Below, piece after piece: positions 1-9,846 of a stretch of DNA of 21,932 nucleotides. Numbering within the stretch: position 1 is the first letter of the stretch; each line of letters starts with the position of its first letter. The DNA lies in NCBI RefSeq assembly GCF_006345805.1, contig NW_021823607.1:1-21932 (forward strand). Direction: 5' to 3'. The notes under the pieces are model-generated. The model was given only the letters and a program-made list of their open reading frames with translations, had not been told where the DNA came from and did no database searches. Both the position numbers and the translations under genes were made by a program. This stretch comes from Octopus sinensis. Taxonomy: Eukaryota.

Positions 1-86
1 TAATCGCGACAAAAGCGAGTCTTTCCAGGATTCTTACGACTCATTTTGTTCAGCGTTCAAACTATGCAAAGGCTGATGTTCTCATC

Positions 87-115
87 CATCCTTTCGTAGT
101 CGATAGAATAAGAAC
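87..115 (+). mobile_element. Short remnant of SINE family 2 central domain
   Basis: catcctttcgtagtcgatagaataagaac resembles catcctttcggggtcgattatataagtac in the SINE at 9364-9586. Confidence 0.35.
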
Positions 116-289
116 TTGCCAAGTTTCGACAAAACTTATCACCCTGTGACAAAATTAGAAAGATTTCTCTGCTTATGATATTCCTTCGTATAGTATATAT
201 ATATAATAAAATATTAGGGAGTAAATCCAAACTTACAGGGAAAAATCAGATTTAGGATTGAATCCAATTTTATAGTAAAATATTATATT

Positions 290-578
290 ATATTAAATTA
301 GAGATAAAGCCACTATTAGGCAAATCATACAATGAAAAACTTAAGCCAATACCTAAGATTATTATCGCTAAGATAAATATTTCAATCACCGGAAGATTGA
401 CTGAAACTCGAATTTTTACGAATTGGACAGCCATGAAACGATCGTAGTGTTATACTCATTATCTTTTTTTAATAATTTTGATATATTTAAAATAATATAA
501 ATTAATTAATCTTATGTATTGGCTTAACTTTTTCATTGTATGATTTGCCTAATAGTGGTTTTATCTCTAATTTAATAT
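290..578. repeat. 72-bp inverted repeat (arms 290-361 and 507-578)
   Basis: The reverse complement of 507-578 matches 290-361 with 3 mismatches by manual alignment; 145-nt spacer. Confidence 0.95.
387..449 (+). ncRNA. Degenerate type I hammerhead ribozyme motif
   Basis: CAC-CGGAAGA-[UUGACUG...CAGCCAU]-GAAAC-GAUC-GUA|GUG. Stem I is CAC/GUG, the core has U4->G, stem II has 5 of 6 pairs, stem III is the palindrome ACGAUCGU, and the cleavage triplet is GUA. Confidence 0.5.
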
Positions 579-603
579 TATTATATATATATATATATAT
601 ATA

Positions 604-900
604 TAATAGAAATATTAAAATTACTAAGTCTCTCTAAAAGAGAACAACGCAGCGTTCCCGTACAATAATAGTTATCGCCATACTAATATGGCATTCTTAT
701 AAAAATAAGAATAAAGCTGTCCGCTTATTAGCTCCATGAGGCCATCGCCTTAAGTTAGCTATTTGATACACAAACTGTATCCATATTAAGTGTCTTATTT
801 TTATAAGAATGCCATATTAGTATGGCGATAACTATTATTTTCCGGGAACGCTGCCGTTGTTCTCTTTTAGAGAGACTTAGTAATTTTAATATTTCTATTA
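604..900. repeat. ~107-bp inverted repeat (arms 604-710 and 793-900)
   Basis: About 3 differences (one indel, two substitutions) by manual alignment. Confidence 0.95.
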
Positions 901-1198
901 TTGAAAAGAAGTGGATGTATTCCACCGAGCTAGGTAAATAAAACCTTCGAACAGAGATTGTCAGAAGCGACACCTACTGGTCTGGCTACGCTGCATTGAA
1001 AAGGGGCAATACCCCGAAACGCTCTGTAGCTGCCGGTCAAGTAGTGTGGAGCGACTGACCTACCTGTTCGAAGGTTATATGGATACAGTTTGTGTATCAA
1101 ATATCTAACTTAAGGCGATGGCCTCAATGGAGCTAATAAGCGGACAGCTTTATTCTTATTTTTATAAGAATGCCATATTAGTATGGCGATAACTATTA

Positions 1199-1200
<2 letters not shown>
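664..1200. repeat. ~123-bp inverted repeat (arms 664-786 and 1077-1200)
   Basis: About 2 differences (atagct/atatct and catgg/caatgg) by manual alignment. Confidence 0.95.
985..1030 (+). ncRNA. Possible decayed hammerhead ribozyme motif
   Basis: GCUACG ... GGGG-CAAUA-CCCC-GAAAC-GCUC-UGUAGC. Stem I (GCUACG/UGUAGC) and stem II can form and GAAAC follows stem II, but the core (CUGCAUUGAAAA) is non-canonical and stem III appears to lack a base. Confidence 0.3.
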
Positions 1201-1248
<48 letters not shown>

Positions 1249-1412
1249 TCATTTTGAGAATTGGTCTTCTGTGTGCATTGCTCTTTGTGTAATACTCCCC
1301 TATGCATTAGTGAATAACCACAAGCTTCCAAAATATACCAATACGTTCTGGAAACGAAAGTTAAACATTTAAATAATTTTATTTTAAATACTTAAGAAAT
1401 ATCAATAAGATA

Positions 1413-1572
1413 GGCACAGGAGTGCCTGTGTGATAAGTAGCTTGCTAACCAGCCACATGGTTCCGCGTTCATGTCCTACTGCATGGCATCTTGGGCAAGT
1501 GTCTTCTGCTATAGCCCCGGCCGACCAATGTCTTGTGAGTGGATTGGTAGACGGAAACTGAAAAAGCTTGTC

Positions 1573-1624
<52 letters not shown>

Positions 1625-1805
1625 GTTTGGTGTGAGTGTGTGTGTTGTGTGTGTGTGTGTGTCTGTGTGTGTGTGTGTTTGTGTGTGTACGTCTCTGCAA
1701 AATGCACCGATAAAATACCAGTCGATTCATATCTCTAAAATTTCTGCAGGGTGGTGACTCAGCTTGGATGGCCCCCGTTTAATGTCTGAAACAAAAGATA
1801 AAAGA
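1413..1805 (+). mobile_element. tRNA-derived SINE family 1 (head + internal microsatellite + diverged tail)
   Basis: Head 1413-1574 aligns with the copies at 17325 and 20253 and has A/B-box-like motifs. Internal (TA)n/(TG)n at about 1574-1688. Tail ends ctgaaacaaaagataaaaga like the other copies. Confidence 0.9.
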
Positions 1806-1865
1806 CATTTACATATACGTACATGTAATTATCAGTATTATAATTGTAATAAATAAACAAATACA

Positions 1866-2350
1866 TACGGGGAGCGGTGAAAGTATTGCCGTCTAAATCA
1901 CGCAAAAACGAAAGAAAAAAATATCTTGAAATACGAAAGAGTAAACTTCTATAAAATCAACTACGGCCTCTAGACAACTTCGCAATCTCCTGCAACTCAT
2001 CTGGGTGGTCCCTTTATTGACGTTGGTGCCATACTTCTTGCCTGCAGTTCATCTTTGGTGCCAGAAGGAATTTTGTTGGTTTTTCGCTCAACTACGTCCC
2101 ACAAATTATAAGCAAGCGAGTTCCAGTTTGGGGAGTTAGGTGGTCAAATATTAGGGGTGACGTGGCTGGAGGGATTGTCTGACAGCCATGATTCTATTCT
2201 CCTGCCAGTGTGGCATGGTGCAGGGTCCTGTAGCCAGACATAGGGTCTCCTAGTATCCACCGTCTTGACCCAGGACATCACTACAACTTCCAGGCAGTTG
2301 ACGAACACCTCCGTGTTGAATGTGAAGCCGTGTGGGAAGATGAATGGAAG
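1866..2350 (-). mobile_element. Decayed Tc1/mariner DD37D (maT-type) transposon, 3' part with TIR
   Basis: Translation PFIFPHG...WLQDPAPCHT...TPNI*PPNSPNWNSLAYNLWDVVER...CRRLRSCLEAVVDFIE. There are exactly 37 residues between Asp (2225-2227) and the expected third Asp, now Ala (2111-2113). W->stop at 2144-2146 and a frameshift near 2015. TA followed by a TIR-like cggggagcggtgaaagtattgcc at 1866-1890. Confidence 0.9.
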
Positions 2351-2401
2351 CCATATATAGCGAAGGTTGAAAAGGAACATACGAGATGTTCTGGTATAGA
2401 T

Positions 2402-2443
2402 AAAATCAAGGTATATATATATATATATATATACCTTGATTTT
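2402..2443. repeat. Perfect 42-bp palindrome centred on (TA)11
   Basis: aaaatcaagg-(TA)11-ccttgatttt. Confidence 0.95.
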
Positions 2444-2495
2444 TCTTATATATATATATATATATCTATATATATATTATATATATATATATATA

Positions 2496-2700
2496 GTTAA
2501 TCCAAAGAAGAAAACACCAAAAACACAGCAACGCGAGGACGTGGAACAAATAAAGTATTATTGGACGCTCAGGAAAGAAGGGAAGAAGGAGGGTTTAACG
2601 TTTCGAGCGGAGCTTTTCGTCGGAAACAAAGGAAAAGGAAAGATCCCGAGAAGGGAAGACAGAGGGAAAAAAATCGCTGGCGGTGCTCACGAGGTCACAC
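2496..2700 (-). mobile_element. Hammerhead-bearing retroelement end (family H1) in (TA)n
   Basis: Homologous to 18202-18361; (TA)n on both sides; contains a hammerhead motif. Confidence 0.7.
2593..2627 (-). ncRNA. Minimal hammerhead motif, U4C core, stem II base damaged
   Basis: Minus strand GUUU-CCGACGA-A-AAGC-UCC-GCUC-GAAAC-GUU|AAAC. The first stem II pair is A-C here but G-C in the 18295 copy. Confidence 0.6.
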
Positions 2701-3053
2701 ATATATATATATAGAGAAAGAGAGACAGACAGATAGACAGAGAGAGAGAGACACACACCTAAGTGTGTGGGTATGTATATACGTATGTATGTATATCAGT
2801 GTGAATTATGTGTATATGTACAATTATATATATGATCCTGCCGTCGCACTCATCACGTACATAGAAAAATATAGAACGCCAAGATTGTGGTGAGATAGTT
2901 TGTGTGATTGTACATGGAGTACCATTAAAAACATATTCAGATTGTAACGGTAATATTGGGTAGGTTCATTACTAATTTAAAGATAATGATAAGAATATAA
3001 TCTGCTCGATATATACCACCGATATTAACAACGCATGTATAAATATATACGCA

Positions 3054-3180
3054 GGGAGAGTTTACGAAAAAAACAAAAGACGAAGACAGGTCGTGTACAA
3101 AACAAACAGAGGTATTAGTATAACGCTCAGGAATAGAAAATTTTTTGCGTTTCGAGCCTACGCTCTTCTACAGAAAGGGA
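3054..3180 (-). mobile_element. Hammerhead-bearing retroelement end (family H2)
   Basis: The start gggagagtttacgaaaaaaacaaaagacgaa is shared with 21870-21932. Shares cgctc...cgtttcgagc...gctcttc with H1. Confidence 0.65.
3143..3176 (-). ncRNA. Damaged minimal hammerhead motif
   Basis: UUU-CUGUAGA-A-GAGC-GUAG-GCUC-GAAAC-GCA|AAA. A6->U in the core and a GCA triplet instead of GUH, so probably inactive. Confidence 0.5.
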
Positions 3181-3195
3181 CACACGCACACACAA

Positions 3196-3279
<84 letters not shown>

Positions 3280-3663
3280 TTATTAAGAAAAATATATATT
3301 ATTCACATTTACATTCCCATCAGCCATTTAAATCACGTATCTGTATTTTTCAGTAAACATTCAATGATTAAATTCTTGGTATTTTGCATAGATAAGGTCT
3401 ATTTTCACAACTCCAATTCGGAGTGTATGTCCAATTTGAGAATGAGATTATTTGATAAAAATAAATAAATAAATATATATATATAAATAAAGAAACAAGT
3501 AAAAAAATTGGTTTTCTTTTTACATGTTAGTATAGACACAAATGTGAGAATTTATCAATGTGAAATCTTGAAATAAGTACGTTTATGAATTTTGCAATCT
3601 TGCTAAATGTTAAGTTTGCTCTCCTTTACAAACCGACAGACGTTGCAATATGTAGGAGTGTAT

Positions 3664-4186
3664 TATGTAAGTATGTATATATATGTATGTATGTATGTAT
3701 ATATGCATGTATGTATGTATGTATGTATGTATGTATGTATGTATAATGTACGTATGTATATATGTATGTATGCATGATGTATGTATGTATGTAAGCATGT
3801 ATGTAAGTATGTATGTAAGCATGTATGTATGTATGTATGTATGTATGTATGTAGTATGTATGTATATATGTATGTATGGATGTAGGATGCAGTATGTATG
3901 TATGTATGTATGTGTAAGCATGTATTATGTATGTATGTATGTAAGCATGTATGTATGTATGTATGTATGTATGTATGTATGATGTATGTATGCATGTATG
4001 TATGTATGTATGTATGTATGTATGTAGTATGTAAGCATGTATGTATGTATGTATGTATGTAGCATGTATGTATGTTGTATGTATGTATATATGTATGTAT
4101 GTATGTATGCATTTATGTATGTATGTATGTAAGCATGTATGTATATATGTATGTATATATGTATGTATGTATGTATGTATATATGT
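3664..4186. repeat. Long compound (TATG)n microsatellite
   Basis: About 520 bp of TATG with recurring interruptions (taagcatg, tagtatg). It produces the MYVC/HTYI pseudo-ORFs. Confidence 0.95.
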
Positions 4187-4236
4187 AGGCTTGTATGCAT
4201 GGAGAAAGATGGAATGTGATTTGGATCGATGTCGTA

Positions 4237-4297
<61 letters not shown>

Positions 4298-4873
4298 TAT
4301 ATGTATGTATGTATTGTATGTATGAACGTATATGTATGCATATGTTTATATACCTGTGCCTGATGTGACAGGCGTATGATCTTTATTAGATATTTGCGTT
4401 TAATTTTATTTTTCTTGTATTGCTCTCGAACCCCTTTATTAATAGTACTCATTAACGAGGCTAATGAGAAGCCATACTCAAAGCAGACTTTGATAGATAG
4501 GTGAACTATCCATTTATATTTATATCTATCCATCTATCTATCTACATTTCTCTTTGTATATATATATATACCTGTAGCTGCATCTGTCTCTGTATTTAGC
4601 GATCTATATCTCTCTATGTGTATGTATATAATTATATACCAGTATATATATATGTGTGTATATATGTTTATATATATATATTATATGTGTGTGTGTGTGT
4701 ATCTATGCATATATATATATATATATTTATATATATTTATCAGAAGAATTATATATATATATATACACACAAATATGAGAGAGAATCCACTATGTGGACG
4801 CTCTAACGCTAAAAATAGATCCGCAAGTGTCTGAACCACTAAGAATTGTTCTCGAGTAGAATTTAGCACACAG

Positions 4874-4947
<74 letters not shown>

Positions 4948-5043
4948 GATGGATAGATGGATGGATGCATGCATATGCTACGGAACCTCCCAAACCTAGA
5001 CACTGATATCTAAGTGTAATCTAAAGATAACAGATTACATACA

Positions 5044-5110
5044 AAGCGGCGGACGAAATAACACAAGGCATTTATCCCGGCGTATTAACGATTCTACCAG
5101 CTCGCCGCCT
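5044..5110 (-). mobile_element. SINE family 2, 5' head fragment
   Basis: The reverse complement ggcggcgagctggtagaatcgttaatacgccgggataaatgcc...atttcgtccg matches the head at 9364. Confidence 0.8.
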
Positions 5111-5274
5111 TTGGATGGAAATAAATATTATAATAGAAAGTCGTTTCTGTTTACAACGGCTTGATGAATTTTCTGGATTGGGGAAATATCTAGTCAACTT
5201 TGCGGAAGATTAACACTCACAGGCGGTCACACACTTGCAAACTGACACAACTACCCGTACGCATGTACGCATAC

Positions 5275-5336
<62 letters not shown>

Positions 5337-6361
5337 TGCACATATGCAGAGGCACACTCTGCTTCTGTGTTTATAGGCTCACGTGTCGTTTATTTAATGG
5401 CCAATTTAAAAAGCGGTTGATATAAACATTCTAATTGAATACTGAATATTTTGTTTTTATAATGGCTGTTTTTCGAGCATTTAGGCATTCATTTTAATTC
5501 TCTAAGTGATATACTATGATGTCCAATCCGCAACGCCTCTGTACTTCACCAATCACTGCTATTTCTTTTTTCTGTGCTTCATTACTTGCTCTTCTCTCTA
5601 CATTAAAATTCACTTTGCGTCCGAGCTTATAGTGCATGTAACTATTAACCACAGAAGTTTTTTCTCCGCAATAATTACTGATTACAGCTAATTGCACATC
5701 GCTTTCTATACTCAAATTTCTTAGACAATATTTTTAATCTCACCTGTCTTTCTTGATTTTCCAGAAATCAATCAACGTATAAACTAAGGCACGTTTGTAG
5801 ATCGAAGCATCGCATAAGTATTAGCTTATTGGCTTATTGGCACGTTATTGTGTTGACTATTGAACACGCCTTGTCAAAAATCATTTTGAAGCTATTAGCC
5901 AGGTGATGAAATTGAAATATATTTAAATATATTCAACACGTTTCTTCGATTCCCTCTGGCTATTTAATATTTTTACATAAATCTGCAATGATTGAATTTA
6001 AAATGAAAATAACATACTATGTTAATACTGATCTGGGAGAAATTTTATTTTCTTAAAACGGAAATCATAAACTTCTGTTCCAGACAGTAGAAATTCACCT
6101 GGATCTTATTAATTTATTGACGTTTTAACTGTTGTTCACAAGCCAATTACCTATACTGATGAATTATATGTATGATCGAAGATATTTAAGAAATGGCTAA
6201 CTCACCTTTTATTTGATATGCTGAGGGCCACGCTGATCGATTATTTTGCATTCAGTTTTAAATGAAGTACGTGGAATTTTAAGACTTGGTTCCCATCTAT
6301 ACCAAGCAGGAAATTACATAAACTTTGCCCGTAAATACTTCTATACTGAAGCATGGTTTCA

Positions 6362-6610
6362 AGACGAAAGGTGTTCTTTCATCAGGATAATACTCGGCCA
6401 TATACAACGAGAATAACATTCCAGAGGCCGGAGTAACTTACGATGCACCACCCATTATATTCGCTGGACATTGCCATTTCTGATTGTTATTTATTCCACA
6501 GACTTCAAAACGATTTGGACGGAAAATATGAATTCCGTAGACAATGTCAGAACAGAACTAGACGTGTGTTATCATCACGGACTAGTGAATTTAGGAAGAG
6601 AGGCCTGACA
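6362..6610 (+). mobile_element. Decayed mariner-type transposase, C-terminal fragment
   Basis: RRKVFFHQDNTRPYT...E*LTMHHPLYSLDIAISDCYLFHRLQNDLDGK corresponds to the mariner HHDNARPH...HPPYSPDLAPSDYHLF motifs. Stop at 6434-6436. D-D spacing is 31 versus the canonical 34, implying a deletion. Confidence 0.88.
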
Positions 6611-6620
6611 AGATTTAGTC

Positions 6621-6696
6621 GACGCTTGCCCAAGTTGCTACGAAGTGGAACAGAACCCACAATCCTATGGTTGGTGAGCAAGCTTCTTACCACACG
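6621..6696 (-). mobile_element. SINE family 1 head fragment
   Basis: cttgcccaagttgctacgaagtggaacagaaccc...tggttggtgagcaagcttcttaccacac is the reverse complement of the family-1 head. Confidence 0.8.
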
Positions 6697-7862
6697 GACA
6701 AGCAAAGGGATGTATAGATGTTATATAGTAAGGAAAAGTAGGTAATCAGCAAAGATTTTGGATAATAATTCAATAGCGCTTTCGTCTCATTCATAGAGAC
6801 TCATCGGATAAAAAGAGTTTTATAGAAAACTTCTTTGTTTTTTATTTAAATATAAAAGAATATTGGATTTTGCATTGTTTTGTTCACTCTAAGTGTGTGC
6901 ATTTAGAAAAAGAAAAGGAGAAAAGAAGAAAGAAGGGAGGAAAGAATAAGACGAAGACAGGAGCGACAAAAAAAAAAGAAATAGAGAAGAAAGCGGAGAG
7001 AAAGAATATATTTGGAGACGGTTTGTGTTTTGTAGCTTTTTAACAAGTGGGTGTTGTTAATGACATTTCAAGATGTCCATTTTGTTTTTTATATATCTAA
7101 GTAGATATGCATGCATATATGTGTGTATGTGCAGATAGATAGATAAATAGATAGATATATATATAGATAGAAAGACAGATAGCTAGATACAAAGACAGAC
7201 AGAGAGAGAAAGACAGGTAGAGAAACAAGCAGACACAGGCAGCTCGATAGAGAGATTAATTGACAGATTTGTAACTAGACAGAGGCATAGATATATAGAA
7301 AAAATTTCGTCTATGTTTGTGACAGTGCATAGGTATCTACCTCTCTCTTAAAGAGACATAAAATGTCACCAATTTTTGTGATAAACTCAGTCGAGTCAAT
7401 GCCGTCGAACCCAATAAAATTATTGTAATTTAAATATAACCTGACGGAAATATGCTGACACATTTAAACAAAAATTGGAATGTAGCTGATGACAGCATTG
7501 TTAGAATCAATATGGCCTTGTCAAGTCTTAAGTGTAACTGCAAAGGCAAGCACAAGTAAAAATTGAATTACCTAGCGCCATTAAAAAGAACACTAAATTC
7601 GCCGTTGTCATCTTGGCTATTTAGAATAAGAAAAACAAAATATAGCATTTGTCAACGTTTTATGGTGATATCTGCTTTTTTATTGTTATAAGCATTCCGA
7701 GAAGCTAGCGTCTGGATATACACTATCGTTTATTCGTATGTGCATATCAGTATGCGAAAATCATTAATTTAAATAATTCGCCGTCATCATTAATACGACC
7801 TTAGATTTAAATGCATTCCACAATTGCTGAATAACATACATAAGTTTTTATGCGAGTACACA

Positions 7863-7913
<51 letters not shown>

Positions 7914-7915
<2 letters not shown>

Positions 7916-8105
7916 TTGAAATTTAGAGAAAAAACCCACAAAGGTAGGTGTACGAACAGTAAGCAGGTGTATCAGTGTTACGCTCGGAAAAGTGAAAAAG
8001 TCTTCCACATTTCGAGCGTACGCTCTTCAGTAGAGAGGAATATGAGAAAATAAACAGAGGGAGAATAAAAATAAAAATTTGAGGATTTGGCGATGAATGA
8101 TGGTG
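7914..8105 (-). mobile_element. Hammerhead-bearing retroelement end (H2-related) in (TA)n
   Basis: (TA)n on both sides; cgctc...tttcgagcgtacgctcttc layout as in the 3054 and 2496 elements. Confidence 0.6.
8001..8037 (-). ncRNA. Damaged minimal hammerhead motif
   Basis: CUACUGA-A-GAGC-GUAC-GCUC-GAAAU-GUG|GAAGA. Stem II is intact; the core and the cleavage triplet (GUG) are non-canonical. Confidence 0.4.
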
Positions 8106-8307
8106 ATATATATATATATATTATATATATATATATATAATTTATAAATATATACTTGCATAAATATGGTGAGTGCTGAAATGTTCCTGGTGTTTGGTAA
8201 AAGAAAGTAAATACAGGAGAATCAGTTAATTATGATTTATTCAACATATTCGCCAATCACACACACACACTTATTGCAGAATTCGTTTGTTTCTAAGCCA
8301 CGTAAAA

Positions 8308-8395
8308 GAACCACACTTTTCGCCTTACCTTTGAAAACAGAAACTTAGCAGCACCTGCTCGTGTGTATATGTATATATATGTATGTACGTATGTG

Positions 8396-8429
<34 letters not shown>

Positions 8430-8457
8430 GATATATATATATATATATATATATAGA

Positions 8458-8493
<36 letters not shown>

Positions 8494-8554
8494 CATATAC
8501 ACACGAGCAGTGTGCTAAGTTCTGTTTTCAAAGGTAAGGCGAAAAGTGTGGTTC
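8308..8554. repeat. ~65-bp inverted repeat flanking a (TA)-rich microsatellite (arms 8308-8374 and 8491-8554)
   Basis: gaaccacacttttcgccttacctttgaaaacag...ctgctcgtgtg and its reverse complement; about 3 single-base indels. Confidence 0.95.
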
Positions 8555-8568
8555 ATATATATATGTAT

Positions 8569-8612
<44 letters not shown>

Positions 8613-8615
8613 CAC

Positions 8616-8671
<56 letters not shown>

Positions 8672-8697
8672 GTAAATATATATGTTTGTATATATAC

Positions 8698-8735
<38 letters not shown>

Positions 8736-9024
8736 TATATGGTTTTTATGTGCTAAGCCACTTGGTGTTAAACTGATGGTATTATTAAATTAATATCTAA
8801 TTTTTCACCCTCATTTATAAATTTATATATATATATATATATTCAATAATAATAATAAATGGTAAAATTAATTAATTAATAATTAATCATTTTACCAAGT
8901 AGTTCGGTATTTTACAATCACCTTTGTTGGTAACCTTATACAAAAATAAATAACTATAAGCATAATTATAATTATAATTTTTTTTTATGTATATATTGGC
9001 ATGTTTCTGATTTCCTCTACCTAG

Positions 9025-9096
9025 TTGCCCCGCCGTGAGAATGAATCCTGAACCATGTGGTTGATAAGCAAACTACTTACCAAACAGCCATATCTG
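9025..9096 (-). mobile_element. SINE family 1 head fragment
   Basis: gaatcctgaaccatgtggttgataagcaaactacttaccaaacagcca is the reverse complement of the family-1 head. Confidence 0.8.
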
Positions 9097-9363
9097 GTTC
9101 CGGCCAAATATTCAAATGCACTGTTTACACCAGTAGACTGCAACTATGAGGCGGCGTCCAACTTTTTTATTTTGTTCATCTTCTTCTTACTGTACGCAGT
9201 GAAATGTGTCACCCGAATTGTCAGTTTACGACTTTACCCCTCTTCTTTCCCTTTTGTTTCCGGTTTAGTATTCGCTGTACAACGTCTTTATTTCTAATTT
9301 TTTTCTGTGATTACATTTTTGGCTATCAATATTTTAAATTGCCAGTTCTCACGCTGTTCATCT

Positions 9364-9586
9364 GAGCTGGCAGAAACGTTAGCACGCTGGGCGAGATGCG
9401 TAGCCGTATTTCGTCTGCCGTTACGTTCTGAGTTCAAATTCCGCCGAGGTCAACTTTGCTTTTCATCCTTTCGGGGTCGATTATATAAGTACCAGTAACG
9501 CACTGGGGTCGATATAATCGATGTATCCGTGTGTCTGTCCTTGTTTGTCTCCTCTGTGTATAGCCTCTTGTGGGCAGTAAAGAAAT
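9364..9586 (+). mobile_element. tRNA-derived SINE family 2, near full length
   Basis: Head gagctggcagaaacgttagc, B-box-like gagttcaaattcc, central ttcatcctttcggggtcgat...aagtaccag, and a tail ending gtgggcagtaaagaaat. Confidence 0.88.
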
Positions 9587-9755
9587 GGATATTTCGTCCG
9601 TCGCTACGTTCTGGGTTCAAATTCCGCCGAGGTTAACTTTGCCTTTCATCTTTCCGATATCAATAAATTAAGTACCAGTTGAATCCTGGGTCGATGTAAT
9701 CGACTACCTCTTACCCCAAATTTCAGGCCTTGTGACTATAGGAGAAAGGATTATT
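9587..9755 (+). mobile_element. SINE family 2, 5'-truncated, with a different 3' tail
   Basis: Repeats atttcgtc...gttcaaattccgccgagg...aagtaccag...gggtcgat, then diverges into ccccaaatttcaggccttgtg...agaaaggattatt. Confidence 0.85.
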
Positions 9756-9811
9756 TTCTATCTCTTTATGTGTGTGTGTGACTTAACTTGTTACTTCCTT
9801 GCGTGTGTGTA

Positions 9812-9846
<35 letters not shown>

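Larger units (their letters stand above)
206..578. mobile_element. Penelope-like/retrozyme-like fragment with inverted duplication, embedded in (TA)n
   Basis: Bounded by (TA)n at about 194-205 and 582-605. Contains a 72-bp inverted repeat and a hammerhead-like motif in the spacer. The family assignment is inferred from architecture only; no ORF. Confidence 0.5.
604..1200. mobile_element. Penelope-like/retrozyme-like composite: inverted tail plus partial tandem, embedded in (TA)n
   Basis: 604-710 is inverted at 793-900; 664-786 is inverted at 1077-1200; 793-839 is directly repeated at 1154-1200 (period 361). (TA)n on both sides. Confidence 0.5.

Noticed and set aside
755-973. 72-aa ORF on minus
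   Set aside because: It runs through the inverted-repeat arms of a repeat island and has no recognisable domain.
5494-5715. 73-aa minus-strand ORF in non-repetitive DNA, with a CAG|GTGAG donor-like site near 5744
   Set aside because: Starts at a non-ATG codon, no recognisable homology, and the splice signal does not bracket the ORF.
6905-7010. Purine-rich tract (possible triplex)
   Set aside because: Irregular low-complexity sequence without clear mirror symmetry; common in this kind of genome.
8011-8030. Reading CUGAAGA here as a canonical hammerhead core
   Set aside because: In that register stem II cannot close against GAAA; the shifted register, matching the other copies, gives a damaged core.
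8860-8897. Hairpin tggtaaaat...attttacca
   Set aside because: A 9-bp AT-rich stem in very AT-rich sequence; not distinguishable from chance.
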